Shown: positions 39,076 to 52,392, counted from the whole stretch's first letter. The stretch: DNA of 63,847 nt, filler included, from Octopus bimaculoides (GCF_001194135.2; 5 parts of 4 records of this genome joined end to end with filler, not necessarily neighbours in it), one strand, 5' to 3'. The notes: generated by a model from the letters alone, not told the origin. Made by a program: numbers and translations.

Positions 39076-39392
39076 GCATTTATTCACATTGTACTGTAAT
39101 ATTGGAAAGGATTTTGTTATTGATCTGACAGAACGTAATGGACATAGCATTTTAATAGGTTTTTGAATATCAAATGTTTGTATTTGTCTGCTGGACTATT
39201 AGTAATCAATAATGTTTGTAATCAATGTTAATTTATTAATTTGTTCATATTATACTGTAATATCGGAAAGGATTTTGTAACTGACCTGACAAAATGTTAT
39301 GGACATACAAACACAACAGTTTGATAGATACAAATATAAAAAGTCTCTATTTGTATGCTGGATTATCTGTAATCAGTGGTATATTTGTAATG
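39076..39392 (+). repeat. Diverged intronic tandem duplication (about 160-bp unit)
   Basis: actgtaatat.ggaaaggattttgt.a.tga.ctgaca.aa.gt.atggacata occurs twice. Confidence 0.7.
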
Positions 39393-40119
39393 TGATTTGC
39401 TCCATTGATTTATGGAAACAGTAGCTTATGTGCATTTTTCAGGAATTTTTATTGTTGTTGTTTAGCACTAGGTCAGCTTTGATGGAATAGAATTATGCTC
39501 AAGGGTATTTCAGCCTTGACCATTCTATATTTTGACATTTTCAGAACTATATGATCCAGTGTATACTTCCTTTCAGAAAAATGAAAAAACTAGGGTCTAA
39601 TTTGAGGGAGATTTGGCTGCTATCTTTAGCAAATTAAGCTACTCTGACTAGTTGTCTGTGGCATTTACCTCTCTCCTCAGATATTTACTATCAACTGATA
39701 ATTGTTTCAAATAAAATGGTAAATTATTTTTATGAGGAATTGAATCGAATGCCATTAGGTACCAAACTATTTGTAAGTTGTTCAGTTTGGATTTCTACTT
39801 CAGAACCCTATTAGAGAATCATTTAAGAATGGGTAGTGCTATTGTAATTAGTTTACAATAACTTTACGTTGTTTGTTAAAGGTATCTTAACCTTTTATGT
39901 TGCCAAAACTAATTGAATAAACATCAGTAACAATGAATTAATGAGAGAACCTCTGTGTAGTCACTCAGCTTGTTAGAAATAGTTGCCAAACTATCTCAGA
40001 TCACACTCTGCTTCTTAAAAGGAAGGAAGAACAAATTGTACAATGTTGTCCTAGATATACAAAGGAATGGTTTATGATGACAGGTCTGTTTGGTCTTGGC
40101 TGACTTGAGATTAGATAAT

Positions 40120-41548
40120 ATCACATAAATAGTCAACAGGAGAACTGTAAGGCTTGGAGATGCCATTTTGAAAGTCTGCTGAATGTGGAAAATGAATTGG
40201 AGAAGGAAGACCTGCCAAATGTTGACCCAATTGAGAGACCAGCTACTTGCATTGACAATACTCTGGTAGATAAAGCAATTAAGGATATGAAGACAGAGAA
40301 AGCCCCTGGCCCATCAAGAATCACTGCTGAGATGCTTCAAATATCTGATGGTGTGGGTTATGGTCTAGTCACCCATGTTGTAAATCAGGTAGTTCACAAA
40401 GGCGTCATACCCAATGACTGGTGTAGCAGCACCATAGTCAACTGCAACAAAGATAAAGGCAATGCTTTAGATAGAAATAACTCCAGGGGTATCAAATTAT
40501 TGGATCAGGTGATGAAAGTTACAGAGAGAGTCATAGCCCAACTAATTAGGGAGAGAGTTAGTCTAGATGAGATGCAGTTTGATTTTGTGTCAGGTAGAAA
40601 CACCACTGATGCTATATTTCTGGTAAGGCAACTTCAGGAGAAATACCTAGCCAAAGATAAACCTCTGTACTTGGCTTTTGTTGACTTGGAGAAAACCTTT
40701 GACAGAGTCCCCTGAACCCTTATATAGTGGTCAATGAGGAAACTAGGGATAGATGAGTGGTTAGTAAGAGCTGTACAAACCCTGTACAGGGGTGCTGTCA
40801 GTAAAGTGAGGGTTGGCAATGAGTATAGTGAGGAATTCTGGGTAGAAGTAAGGGTTCACCAAGGATCAGTCCTCAGCCCCCTCTTATTCATCATAGTCCT
40901 GCAGGCAATAATGGAGGAATTCAAGACAGGATGCCTCTGGGAGCTCCTCTATGCTGATGACCTTGCTCTAATAGCTGAGTCACTATTTGAACTAGAGATG
41001 AAGTTTTAGGTGTGGAAGCAAGGTCTAGAATCAAAGGGTCTTAGAGTCAATCTAGCAAAAACAAATGTCTTAGTAAGTAGGAAGGCAGACAAATCACAAA
41101 CCCCTTCAGGTAGATGGCCCTGCTTGATCTGTAGAAAAGGCATAGGTAGAAACTACATAAGATGGTGCACATAAAAAGCACCATCTGAACATGGTCGATG
41201 CTAGTGCCCCCGACTGGCTTCCATGCCGGTGGCATGTAAAATACACCTTCTGAATGTGGTTGAAGCCAGTTCCTTCTGACTGGCTCCTGTGCCAGTGGCT
41301 CATAAAAAAACACTATCCGAACGTGGTCACTGCCAGTACCGCCTAACTGGCTCCTGTGCCGGTTGCATGTAAAATGTATCCAGTACACTCTTGGAGTGGT
41401 TGGTATTAGGAAGGGCATCCAGCTGTAGAAACCTCGCCAGATCAGGTTGAAACCTGGTGCAGCCTACTGACTCGCCAGTTCTTAGTCAAACCATCCAACT
41501 CATGCCAGCATGGAAAACAGACTTTAAACGATGATGATGATGATGATG
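40120..41548 (+). mobile_element. 5'-truncated RTE/RTEX-like LINE (RT, start of Cys-rich domain, repeat-containing 3' UTR, (GAT)n tail)
   Basis: KAPGPS..TAEML; MQFDF..GRNTTDAIF; AFVDLEKTFDRVP; HQGSVLSPLLF; LLYADDL; WPCLICRKG; tail ttaaacgatgatgatg. Confidence 0.92.
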
Positions 41549-42024
41549 TAGAAATTAATCAAGTAGTCACAGGCATAGTTGTGTGGTTAAGAAGTTTGCT
41601 TTACAATCACATAGTCTTAGGTTCAGTTCTACTGCATGACACCTTAAGCAGTGATGGTAGCAGCTGTTGGTGTTTTAGTTTCTTCCTTTCCAGTTGTGAC
41701 TAATTGCTCATGGTGATTGATATACATATATGCTACACTGATGGGTGTTACAACAATAAAACATTAAGAATTTACCTGTATTTAAAGAAAGAACATCTTT
41801 CAACATTGTCAACTTTGAATTGATCTCATCTATTTCACTAGACCCCCCCCCCCAAAAAAAAAATCAATGACTTACGGATATTATATTTACTTTCTTTTTG
41901 AAAGCTCTAGATTCATTATCTTGTTATTTTCATTAGTTAATTTTACACAGCTAGACTGTAATTTAATTGAAAATTTATGTATTAAATTCTACTTCCTTTT
42001 AAGTAGTGAGAATTATTTTTACAG

Positions 42025-42152
42025 GTGGCTACCTTATAACCCAGAAGGATGTCTTTTTTGATCGGAGTCATGCATCACAGTTGATTGCATCTATCTTAGC
42101 TTACAAAGATGAAAATATTAAAATTGATCTTCCAATGCCTGCAATTTTTAAA
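42025..42152 (+). CDS. POLR3A: RPC1 internal exon D
   Basis: tttttacag acceptor and gtaagt donor; 128 nt. Encodes (G)GYLITQKDVFFDRSHASQLIASILAYKDENIKIDLPMPAIFK. Confidence 0.95.
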
Positions 42153-42783
42153 GTAAGTGTTATATCAAAGCCTATTTTATCTTTTTGCATTTCATTGAAT
42201 TAAGTGTTACGGATGTATGAGTTTGTTAAATATTCTATTGTAATTTTTGTCACTATCCAAATTTTATGATTAATTATGATGTTAATTTAGAAGTCATTTA
42301 ATATTTTTTCAAGCTTATTATTGAAAACAGATTAAAATGAATCCGTTTGAGACTCTTAGGGTTGGTGCTTAACCCCAGTTTCTGTAGCATTAAAGAGATG
42401 AGAGACAGATTTCACCATGGGCTGTAAGCTAGTCCACTGCTGCTAACTTTTTTATGATAGTTTGGTAATTATTCCTTACTGCTAGTAAGTCCAGTGTTGG
42501 ATTTTATAAATTCAATAAAATAAAATTCCTGAGTTGGATTTAAACTTATAATTCTTGATCTAGTAATCCAGTCCTTTCAACTATGCAGACTTCATGTGAT
42601 GTTTGGTTGGCTCATAAAATGACCAAGCCCGTATTCTTTTATTATCAGAAACCCTGTCACCTGACTGATGTAAATATAAATAAGTCAGAAAATAATAAGC
42701 AAAGCATAGACACAACAGTAAAGATTGGGAAGCATGATTTGTTTATTAAAAATGCGTAATTTTTCTTGATGTTTCTTTCCTAG

Positions 42784-42919
42784 CCTTGTCAACTGTGGAC
42801 AGGGAAACAAATATTTAGTTTGCTGTTACGACCAAACAGTAGTTGTCCTGTGTTAGCCAATCTAAGAACTAAAGGCAAGAACTATTCTACTGGTGAAGAT
42901 TTATGTTACAATGATTCTT
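42784..42919 (+). CDS. POLR3A: RPC1 internal exon E
   Basis: tttctttcctag acceptor and gtaagt donor; 136 nt. Encodes [45 protein letters not shown], matching the RPC1 'WTGKQIFS...ANLRTKGK' region. Confidence 0.95.
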
Positions 42920-43428
42920 GTAAGTTTGACCATTTGATTCCTTGCTTAGATATTCTATTTAATATTCATACATTGGAGATTTATTGCATTAGAAGCTGGT
43001 AGTCTAAACATATTCTCTTCTGAATGTTGTTATTTCTGATTTGTTGTAATGCCTTTTATTCGAGATTTTAGCTCTGTATATGATTTAGTAAGTTCTAACT
43101 CAAGTATCTTCTCAGTTTTTATTTCTCTTTGAAATTGTAAATCTTTCTATAATAATAAGTAATATAAATGTTTTTATATTGTATAGAGAGAGGGAGAGAG
43201 TAAAAGAAATATACAGAGAGTTATCATAATAGATGCAGAATGAGTACATATACTAAGTTTGGTGGAGATTGTGCGTAATTGATTGACTGGCACACACACA
43301 CACATTAAGAGAGAAAGAATCATACCGAAATGGAGGAGAGGGAGTGTATATATAAAAATAAAGTTACCTAATCTTATATGTTTGCGAGTGTTAAACAGAC
43401 TCCTTCAACCAGCTGGTCATGCTACTTG

Positions 43429-43465
43429 AGGCTGATGACGAGCAAAGACTTAGAAACATGTCCCT
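43429..43465 (+). ncRNA. Minimal hammerhead motif
   Basis: AGG-CTGATGA-CGAG-CAAAGA-CTTA-GAAAC-AT-GTC-CCT; palindromic ACATGT helix III; C.A mismatch at the base of stem II. Confidence 0.5.
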
Positions 43466-43641
43466 GAATGCTGGCTAGGCTGGGTGGAGGAGTTTGTCTC
43501 CCCCTCGCAAACATAAGGACACAGGAAATGTGTCAAGGCCGACAGGAAGCGGTCCAGCTTCCTAGGGTTAAATAGCAGTGGTATATTCCCTAATTGGGAC
43601 TGTCACGTTAAGTTGGCAGTATACAACTACTTTATATATAT

Positions 43642-43817
43642 CATCATCATCATCATCATCATCATCGTTTAACGTCCGCTTTCCATGCTAGCATGGGTTG
43701 GACGATTTGACTGAGGACTGGTGAAACCGGATGGCAACACCAGGCTCCAATCTAATTTGGCAGAGTTTCTACAGCTGGATGCCCTTCCTAACGCCAACCA
43801 CTCAGAGAGTGTAGTGG
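43642..43817 (-). mobile_element. 3' end of the same LINE family, antisense, cut by a join
   Basis: (CAT)n-cgtttaacgtccgctttccatgctagcatggg...ctacagctggatgcccttcctaacgccaacc. Confidence 0.9.
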
Positions 43818-43917
43818 NNNNNNNNNNNNNNNNNNNNNNNNNNNNNNNNNNNNNNNNNNNNTTAATTAATTAANNNNNNNNNNNNNNNNNNNNNNNNNNN
43901 NNNNNNNNNNNNNNNNN
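43818..43917. other. Artificial scaffold join (44N-TTAATTAATTAA-44N)
   Basis: Same 100-bp structure as the other three joins. Confidence 0.95.
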
Positions 43918-43964
<47 letters not shown>

Positions 43965-44149
43965 CTTAGACCAACGACTTCATCTTCGGTAAAGATGTGT
44001 TTGTCAGAATAGATATAAATATGAATTAACCGCAAACACAATTACTTGATATTTCGTCACTGTGACCAATTATATATAACTCGCTAGTGAAAGGTTTGGC
44101 AAGCTCTGATTAAAATTCGTAACTTATCTGTAATATAACATCAATTATG

Positions 44150-46000
44150 TGATGTCATGATATTAGAGTAAAACAGTCGTAATTGTAAAACTTTACTAAT
44201 CTAAATTTTCTTTTAAAACAGAATCTGTTGATATCTTTTTTTTTTTAGCCTGTTGCTGTTTCTGGAAGAAAATTCTGTTGTAGCTGCAATCAGATATGTT
44301 TTGTTTGTTATTTGCGATCGAGAATTTATTCTCTCGTGTCATTCGTGACTGAAGACTTTATTCATTTTGCTCGAGAAAATGTTCGTTCAGCTGTAGAAGA
44401 TTTTATCAGAAATACAAGTTAAATCTGTGTAAATTGTACAAATCTGTGATATGTGCTTGCCATCGGTTATTATTTTTTTTTTCATTCAAATGTTTTACAC
44501 TGTCAGTCAAACAGTAGAAGTTTCTCTCACAGAAATTTCTGATGCTGAGAGCTGAACCATTAATAATTTAACGACAAAATTATCTACATATGTTTATTTA
44601 ACATAATTGATTTCTTATGAGATGATTATCTTCAAAAGTTATGTCATCAGTCTTAAATATACTCTAACTCGCTGATCAAACTGTTTGTCGATAGACGCAG
44701 TCATTGTATATCTATGGTCTCAAAATACCTATCCGTGTAATGGTCTCGAGCTGTCGATTGAAGTCTATTTTCCTCGATTTCCATGTCAATTTTTCGAGGA
44801 GCCTTTCGCTGCAGTTTCTTTCCAGAAAAAAGAGTTATGTTCTTGCCTTCTTAAATGAATTCTTACTCCTCATATCTTTCAAAACTTATTTAGTAATTCA
44901 GACAAGTTACTTTAATATTTTCGGTATGAGTGAGTAAGATCTAATCAAAATTTTGTCCAAAGAAGAAATCAAACGTTTCCATTTGAACCTGGAATTCAAT
45001 TATGCGACCCAAGTGCATCAATTGTGACCGTACACATAATTGCTGATACTTGACTAGGACAGAATAATTATCAAGAATTTATCGAAAGCAAGTAGCGTGC
45101 AATGTCCATCTAGTTATATTCAAAGACTAAGATAACGCCAAGTGTCGATTTTCCTCGTGACACTTCCGTATTTTTTTTCCAATTTATCAAGCAAATTTTT
45201 CTTCCTTGGTGAAAATGTGATTACAATGATACTTTCCTTACTGTCATACATAACTCTACATTGTTCCTTACATAGCATTGTTGTTTTCTTCAGACTCAGA
45301 ATTAAAGCGTGGGCTTGCTAATATGTTGCTAAAGTTTTTCGTTAAAATTCTTCCAAGCACATGTCCACACCAGATTCCCCCCACACCGAGTTTGTAACTC
45401 GTTCTGCAATGAATGCGCTAAAAAAAGCTACAGTTTTGTAAGAACATTCATAATAGCTAAAAAATAATATAGAAGATTTTGAGTTTGATAAAGAATAAAA
45501 TGCTGAAATTTTTCAATGGCTACCAGATATTGTTCGATTCAACGAATACATAATGTAAGTTGTTAGTTTTAATTCTTTTTTATTTTTATGTTATCGATGT
45601 TAGCAATAATATAAAAATCCGCAGGATTACTTTGTTATAACAATATCTGCTATTATGGAACAGAACTAATTTTGTATATGGTAGTTGAGCTAGCTGTCTG
45701 AACCTGCGTTGTTGAGCATCTGAAAATAGCAGAATCATCTTTCCCATTTGTACTAGGTTATGCAATTTTAAATTGATCTCCAATTTTTCCTTCCTTGGTT
45801 ATTTCTTGCTAGTAAAGGAAGTGCAAACACTCAATTTTTAACGATTTGTTTGCATGCGGTTTTATGTTTTTTTTATCTTTTGTTTGGCAAATTTAATCAG
45901 CTGTTCTTTAATTTATGAGATTTAGGAATCATTACGTCCAGTTAAGTATCAGCGCTGTGACATTAAGAGCGTTGATATCCGTCAAAGTACTGACAATTTC
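44150..46000 (-). pseudogene. Decayed hAT transposase (ZMYM1-like)
   Basis: Minus: QAHALIL; ITRWTLHATCFR*ILDNYS; RIIEFQVQMETFDFFFG..LLTHTEN; SSTAERTFSRAK*IK. Confidence 0.65.
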
Positions 46001-46589
46001 TTCTTGCAATTACAAAATCTTTCTGTTAAAAATGCATTTCCTTTACTCCTAACATGGTGTAACTTGGAATTTTCAATGTACACTGCACAGAAAATTTAAA
46101 AAATACATAAACGATCGTAGATTTAATTATAATGAATGAAATCAAAAGCAGTAAAATAAACTGTTTGCAAAGGACGTTTCTAGTTGTCGAGTGATCGTTT
46201 ACGGAAATTAATATTCATCGGTTGATTTGACTGAGTAACAGAAGCAACCAGAATAGCGGGGAAATTACCTTGGCTGTTTGTACTGATGTTGATTAAGATA
46301 ATAAGCCCAAACTACTGCAGTAGAAGTAACATTATAGGAAGTTTCTGGTTATACTTAAAATACTGTATAGTACTCTTTGTTTTGGCAATTGATAAGAATG
46401 AAACTTTGGATTTATCGATTCTGGCTAAGCATTTTGCATCATTTGTTGCTTGTATCGTGCGGTATACCCGAAATTATTTAATAATCTTATAAAATAAAAT
46501 GTTTTAGACAAAAAAAAATTAAAAAGAAAAAAACACTTTCCCGGCAGACATTCGACATTTTACGTAATAATATTCAACTGACAAATTAA

Positions 46590-46814
46590 GGGGGCGAACT
46601 GGCAGAATCGTTTGCATGCCGGGCAAAATGCTCAGCAGTATTTCGTCCGTCTTTACGTTCTGAGTTCAAATTCCGCCGAGGGCAACTTTGCCGTTCATCC
46701 TTTCGACCTTTTCGGGTCGATAAATTAAGTACTAGTTATGTACTGGGGTCGATCTAATCAACTGGCTCCCTGCCCCCAAAATTTTGGGCTTTGTGCTTAG
46801 AGTAGAAAAGAATG
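46590..46814 (+). mobile_element. SINE family 3 (about 225 bp), full-length
   Basis: ggcgaactggcagaatcg...gagttcaaattccgccgagg...cggg(g)tcgataaattaagtac; 17-bp TSD TTCAACTGACAAATTAA (46573-89 / 46815-31). Confidence 0.9.
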
Positions 46815-47231
46815 TTCAACTGACAAATTAAAGATTTCAACCCATCCAGACCTATAATATTGCATAGGAAAACTTAATCATCTGATAATGGAGTAATTTT
46901 AAATCAGACATATGGATAATAACTCAGTGTTCTTTTATCTATGGAAACAAACACAGACTAGACTGTCATATTCTCTCTTCACTTGATTCAGTACAATACA
47001 GTTTTTTAATATTGTAGACATGTTAAATAGAATTATTTCTAATAATCAAAATTTGCGAGAAGTTATATTTGAAACCCACTTATAGTTTGATGTCACGTGA
47101 AAAGTTACAGATTACTCTTAGTAGGTTACTAAGGAAATGGTAATTTTTGAAAATTACTAACTGCAACCTCTATGCAACCTCTCTATATTTTTGTAAGCGA
47201 TATATTATGCTATTATTATCAACTCACTGAG

Positions 47232-47832
47232 AAGGCGGTGTTCTGAGTTCAAATGGTGCCGAGGTGAACTTTCATTCATTCGGGGTCGATAAAATAAGTA
47301 CCAGCTGAACACTGAAGTTAATGTCATCGACTTACTTCTCCTCTGAAATTGCTGGCCTTAAGCCAAAGTTTGAAATCATTATATCAATTCGTTGCGAAGG
47401 TAACGAACTGGCAGAATCGTTAGAACGCCGGACAAAATGCGTAGCGGCACTTCTTCCGGCTTTACGTTCTGTGTTCAAATTCCGCCGAGGTCGACTTTGC
47501 CTTTCAGCCTTTCGGGATAAATAAAATAAATACCGGTTGAGCACTGGAGTTCCTTGTAATCGAGTAACTTCCGCCCCTAAAATTTCAGGCCTTGTGCCCA
47601 AAGTAGAAAGGATTAAGTCATTGTAAAGGAGGCGAGTGAGTAGAATCGTTAGCGTACCGGACAAAATGTTTTGTGACATTTCTTCCAGCTCTTTTCGCTC
47701 ACGTCGAGATCAACTTTGCCTTTCGTCCTTACGGGGCGGATAAAATAAGTACCAGTCGTGTGCTAGATCGATGATATCGACTAACCCCTCACTAATAACT
47801 GCTGTCTTTGTGACAAAATTTGAATTATTATT
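47232..47832 (+). mobile_element. Three head-to-tail SINE family 3 copies
   Basis: Units at about 47232-47382, 47398-47617 and 47625-47832, mutually diverged. Confidence 0.8.
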
Positions 47833-48821
47833 ACACTACATAGTAGACATAGATACACATACACCCTTGTACATCTCTCCCTCTCTATATATATATGAAT
47901 GCCGCTCGGGGCAGCACTTGAATACGTTTCCCCCACTCACACTCACCTGGGCCTCCAAACTTATACAGGCTTATACAGTACACTCAAATGTGCCGCTCCC
48001 ATGAAGGCGTCACCCGAGGTGGCCCTTCCTCGCCCCACTCTCAGCTACGTTATTGATCCTACTCTCGTACACTTTACACTTTCTAAGTGGTCGCACATTT
48101 AGGATATGTTACAAAGTCTTACAGCTCCTTCAATTTTTTGTTTTGGAAAAAAAAATGACCTTTCTAAAAAGTAACCCAGAAGAATACTTTAGGACTTCTA
48201 TACTTGAACATACTAGAGAACCTCTTGTAAAAAATATCATTTGAAATTTTATCATAAAACTTTTTTCCTCAAATTTTTTTTTCCAGTACCCTCTTTAGGT
48301 ACCTTCTGCGTCTGCATTTCAAAGTTCTACAGTAAGTGACGATTGCATTTCTCTGACCTCTTTCGCTGTTAGGAGAAATGCCAGTGTACTTTAGGCATAT
48401 AAATATCTGGTTCAGAACGAGATTTCCATCCTGTACAACATCAAATAAAGAATATTTTAACAAGAAGCAGGTGGTTAGAATATAGACAGTCACCATGTTT
48501 CAGACCGGATACGTTCCTGGAAAAAAAGGTATGAGAACTTAATTTCCGTATTTTAAATCATTAAATTACATATTAATTAACGGATCCTGTTCTTCGAGAC
48601 CTATAAACGTACAAATGTACGAATCATGAATAATTGAATAACATATCAGTTACTGAATTACGTTCCTATGGAAGTTACTAGGTTTCTCTGGAAGATTGCG
48701 ATACTTCAGTTCTCATGACCTATGCAGCGCCATCGAATTATTTCATTATTTCCAGTAAGAAAAGTTAAGACGAATAAAACTTAAACATATTTGCTGATTT
48801 AATTATACAGTAGTGCTGTAT

Positions 48822-48883
<62 letters not shown>

Positions 48884-48886
<3 letters not shown>

Positions 48887-49222
48887 ACGTAAAGACCCCC
48901 TTCGATCACAAATGACCATGGAATTACACTTAGAAAGTTCCCCTCCGAAGCACAAGTCCAGACAAGGTTGTTTGTGAAAGACCTGCAGTCACCCATGCAG
49001 ACCAGTCTCCCTTCTCCTCGCCACTGATATTGTCCAAGGGGAAGGCAAAGACTGATACAGCTTGACACCAGTAACGTCGCAACTCATTCTTACAGCTGAG
49101 TGAACTGGAGCAACGTGAAATAAAGTGTCTTACTCAAGAACGCAACTCACTCAGCCCGGCCCGGGAATCGAACTCACAGCCTCTTGACTGTAAGCTCAGC
49201 GTTCTAACTACTGAGCCAAGCG

Positions 49223-49227
<5 letters not shown>
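48884..49227 (-). mobile_element. tRNA-derived SINE family 4 inserted in a (CA)n tract
   Basis: Minus head GGCTCAGTAGTTAG...GAGTTCGATTCCCG; body ttcttgagtaagacactttatttcacgttgctccagttcactcagctg; (CA)n on both sides. Confidence 0.8.
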
Positions 49228-49274
<47 letters not shown>

Positions 49275-49399
49275 AAGAGCTTACTGAATGCCAATCTACA
49301 TCTCATGTTAGCGAACTCTGTATCATGCTGTAACTTTATTAATAGCTCTATTGATCTGTGAATTTATTTTTGCTCTTGGAATCGTACTATATCCTTCCA

Positions 49400-49870
49400 T
49401 AATGTTTAAGTCTTGTCCAAATTATCAAAAAGCTCATCAAAAGGCTCCATTTATTTTCCTTCCTGTAAAAACTTTAATATGGCTGATCTCATCTTCATAG
49501 TCTTTATTTCCCTCTTGCCTGCCGATCAATGTTTCATTGATCATAATCTTTGAATGGGATGTAATTAGTTTGTGCACATCTTCAGTCGTGACTTCCAATT
49601 CATTAGCTGAACATGTTCCTCTGTGGTAGCTTCAACGTGTACCCTCAAGACTTTTAAAACTTGGTATTAATTATAGGAGTAATTTTCCAGGCAATATTGC
49701 ATTCTCGATTCCGCTATCTCATTGCAAGAAATTCCAATATTATTGATTGCATTCCAGGTATTGTATCTTTTCCAGCGCTTTTTTACGTTGGTCTCACCTG
49801 TCTTGTCTTGATAGCCTGTTTAACAACTTCCTTCGTGTAATACGCCTTGAAGTTTGATCCTTGGATTGAA
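49400..49870 (-). pseudogene. Tigger/TIGD1-like transposase, C-terminal part
   Basis: TEIQSKDQ / FKAYYTKEVVKQAIK..RYNTWNAINNIGISCNEI. Confidence 0.65.
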
Positions 49871-50739
49871 TTTCAGTTATAGTACAGGGTGTCTCAGAAT
49901 ATAGTATCTATTTCAATAAAATTGGGCAAATTTAAAATAACTGACAGGATTTCATGTTTATTACTTAAATTATGGTACTAAAAGAAATAGATTGATAATT
50001 CTTACGTCAAAACTTTATTGAAAATTTCCAACATGTGCTTTGTCTGTATCCCTGCAAATTTCAAATTTACCCTTGGCATCGCAAAACACATTTTGAAGCA
50101 TTTCAGGTGTTATTTTCTGCGCTGAATGTATTCTTTAAGTTCATTTTTTTTTACCTCCATCCTGGAGATGGAGGTAGAGAAAATGATTGCAGTCAAATTG
50201 AAAAAAAGCTGTCGTGAACAGATAAGCGGGGTGTTGTATACTCCGTTTCCAAATGTCGTGGCGCAGTCGCGATATTGTGACGGATAGTTTCCATACACTG
50301 TACCAGTGTTGTAACAATAAACAAGATAACAATGCAGCCGTAAGAACAACGTAACGATCCAAAATCTCTTCACGAACCAACGATGAATATTCCAAANNNN
50401 NNNNNNNNNNNNNNNNNNNNNNNNNNNNNNNNNNNNNNNNNNNNNNNNNNNNNNNNNNNNNNNNNNNNNNNNNNNNNNNNNNNNNNNNNNNNNNNNNNNN
50501 NNNNNNNNNNNNNNNNNNNNNNNNNNNNNNNNNNNNNNNNNNNNNNNNNNNNNNNNNNNNNNNNNNNNNNNNNNNNNNNNNNNNNNNNNNNNNNNNNNNN
50601 NNNNNNNNNNNNNNNNNNNNNNNNNNNNNNNNNNNNNNNNNNNNNNNNNNNNNNNCCGTAAGAAGTGAAATTTCTTTAATTTTTTTACCTTTTCCAGCAC
50701 CCACCTCTCTCTCTCTCTCTCTCTCGCTCTCGCCTTTTA

Positions 50740-52392
50740 AAAAAAATTTAATATCGTTTTTTTTTTTGGCATTATTTCTAAGTGTACAGTCTGTTTCCCT
50801 TTTATACTGCTGCTTCGGTGAGGCTCAATCGCTTTCGGTGCTGGCATCTGAAACATGTCATAGCAGACTTCCTTTAATATTTCCTTTCGTTTTTCAGCAT
50901 GTCTCGTCTTTAATTGGTTTAGGTGTCTCTAATGTTCTCAACGTTGTCCTTTAATTACATACATCATGTTTCCTAATCTTTTAGTTACAAAACCATCCTC
51001 CCAACCTTCTTTACCATTTTTGTAAATTTTAAAATGAACTTTATCTCCTACTTCAAAATGTTTTGTTGCCTTTCATTATATTTTTTCCTGGCAATAACTT
51101 ATCGAAGATCTATTTTATTTTTTGCGTGAACATTAACTTTGCCGGAGACTTTCCTGAGCTGGTATTCGGGTTGGGCATTACTCTGTATATCCTCAAGAAT
51201 TTCGTTTGCGCTTCGTCATTTCCTACGTCATTCCTTGCTTTTTTTAACGCTCGCTTGAAAGTATCAGCAAATCTTTTTACCTAACCGTTTGACCTCGGGA
51301 GGTAGGGCGGGGTAAAAATATGCTTAATCGCATGTATTTTGCACGAATTTTTGAATTCACTACCCGTAAATTGTGCGCCATTATCTGATACCAACGTATC
51401 TGGAACACCTTATCGGGCATATAATTCATACAGGGACTTTGTTGTCTTTGTGGTTGGTTTATTGCACCTGCATACTTTTGGCCACTTTATACTGTTATCA
51501 ACAATTATTAGATAGTATACGCCATTCACCGGTCCAATGTAGTCGATAAGTACCCTGGACCACGGACTATCCGTCTCAGGCGACGATTGGTATTTCACCA
51601 GTGGTGCTTTGGCTGCTAGCGCACAGCCTGTACATGATTTTATGCAATTTGGTCCATCGTCGGTCAATATAGATAGCTCCTCATTAAGGCTTTTATTCTC
51701 GACATTCCCGGGTGTCCACTGTAATTCCTGCAATACTCGTTTCTGTAGTGCAGTAGGTAGTACCACTCTTTGTGCGTACATTAAAACATCGTCGCAAAGC
51801 AAAAAATTATTCGAATTTGTATTTTTATTTTGCTTATTTTTCAACATTTCTTTCATTCTTGTAATGTAATCATCCTCTGCTGATTTCATTTTTATATCAT
51901 GCGCTGTCACTGGCAGCTTGTGAATAACATTACACATACTATTTTAAACTTTATTTTCTGACTGCAATGAGACTATCACCGTATCTTCTATCGGTTCCAC
52001 ATTCTTGGGAATTAGTCTCCATAAACAGTCCGCATGACCAATTTTCTTCGATGGAATATACTGCATCTTAAAATTGTAGTTTAGCAATATTATATCCCAG
52101 CGTTGTAGTCAGTTCGCTGTATGGGTAGGCAATCCTTTTTCTTTACTCCAAAATTGATAGTACTGGTCGATGGTCGGCTTTTAGCAAAAAACATCTACCG
52201 TGTAGAAATTTGTGAATTTTTTTTTACCACAAAATTAATCGATAGAACCCCCTACTCTAGCTGACTATACTTTTATTCCGATACTATCAGCGATCATGAA
52301 GCATGAACTACTGGCTTCATATTTCCATCTTTATACTTGTGTAGCAAGACTGCTCCTATTCCATAACCCGAAGAATCTGAAGCTACATCAAT
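50740..52392 (-). mobile_element. Ty3/Gypsy pol fragment (RNase H, zinc finger, integrase)
   Basis: GAVLLHKYKDGNMKPVVHAS; DHRPVLSI; LQRWDIILLNY; PWSRVLIDYIGPVNGVYYLIIVD; FADTFKRALKK; RHLNQLKTR. Confidence 0.9.
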
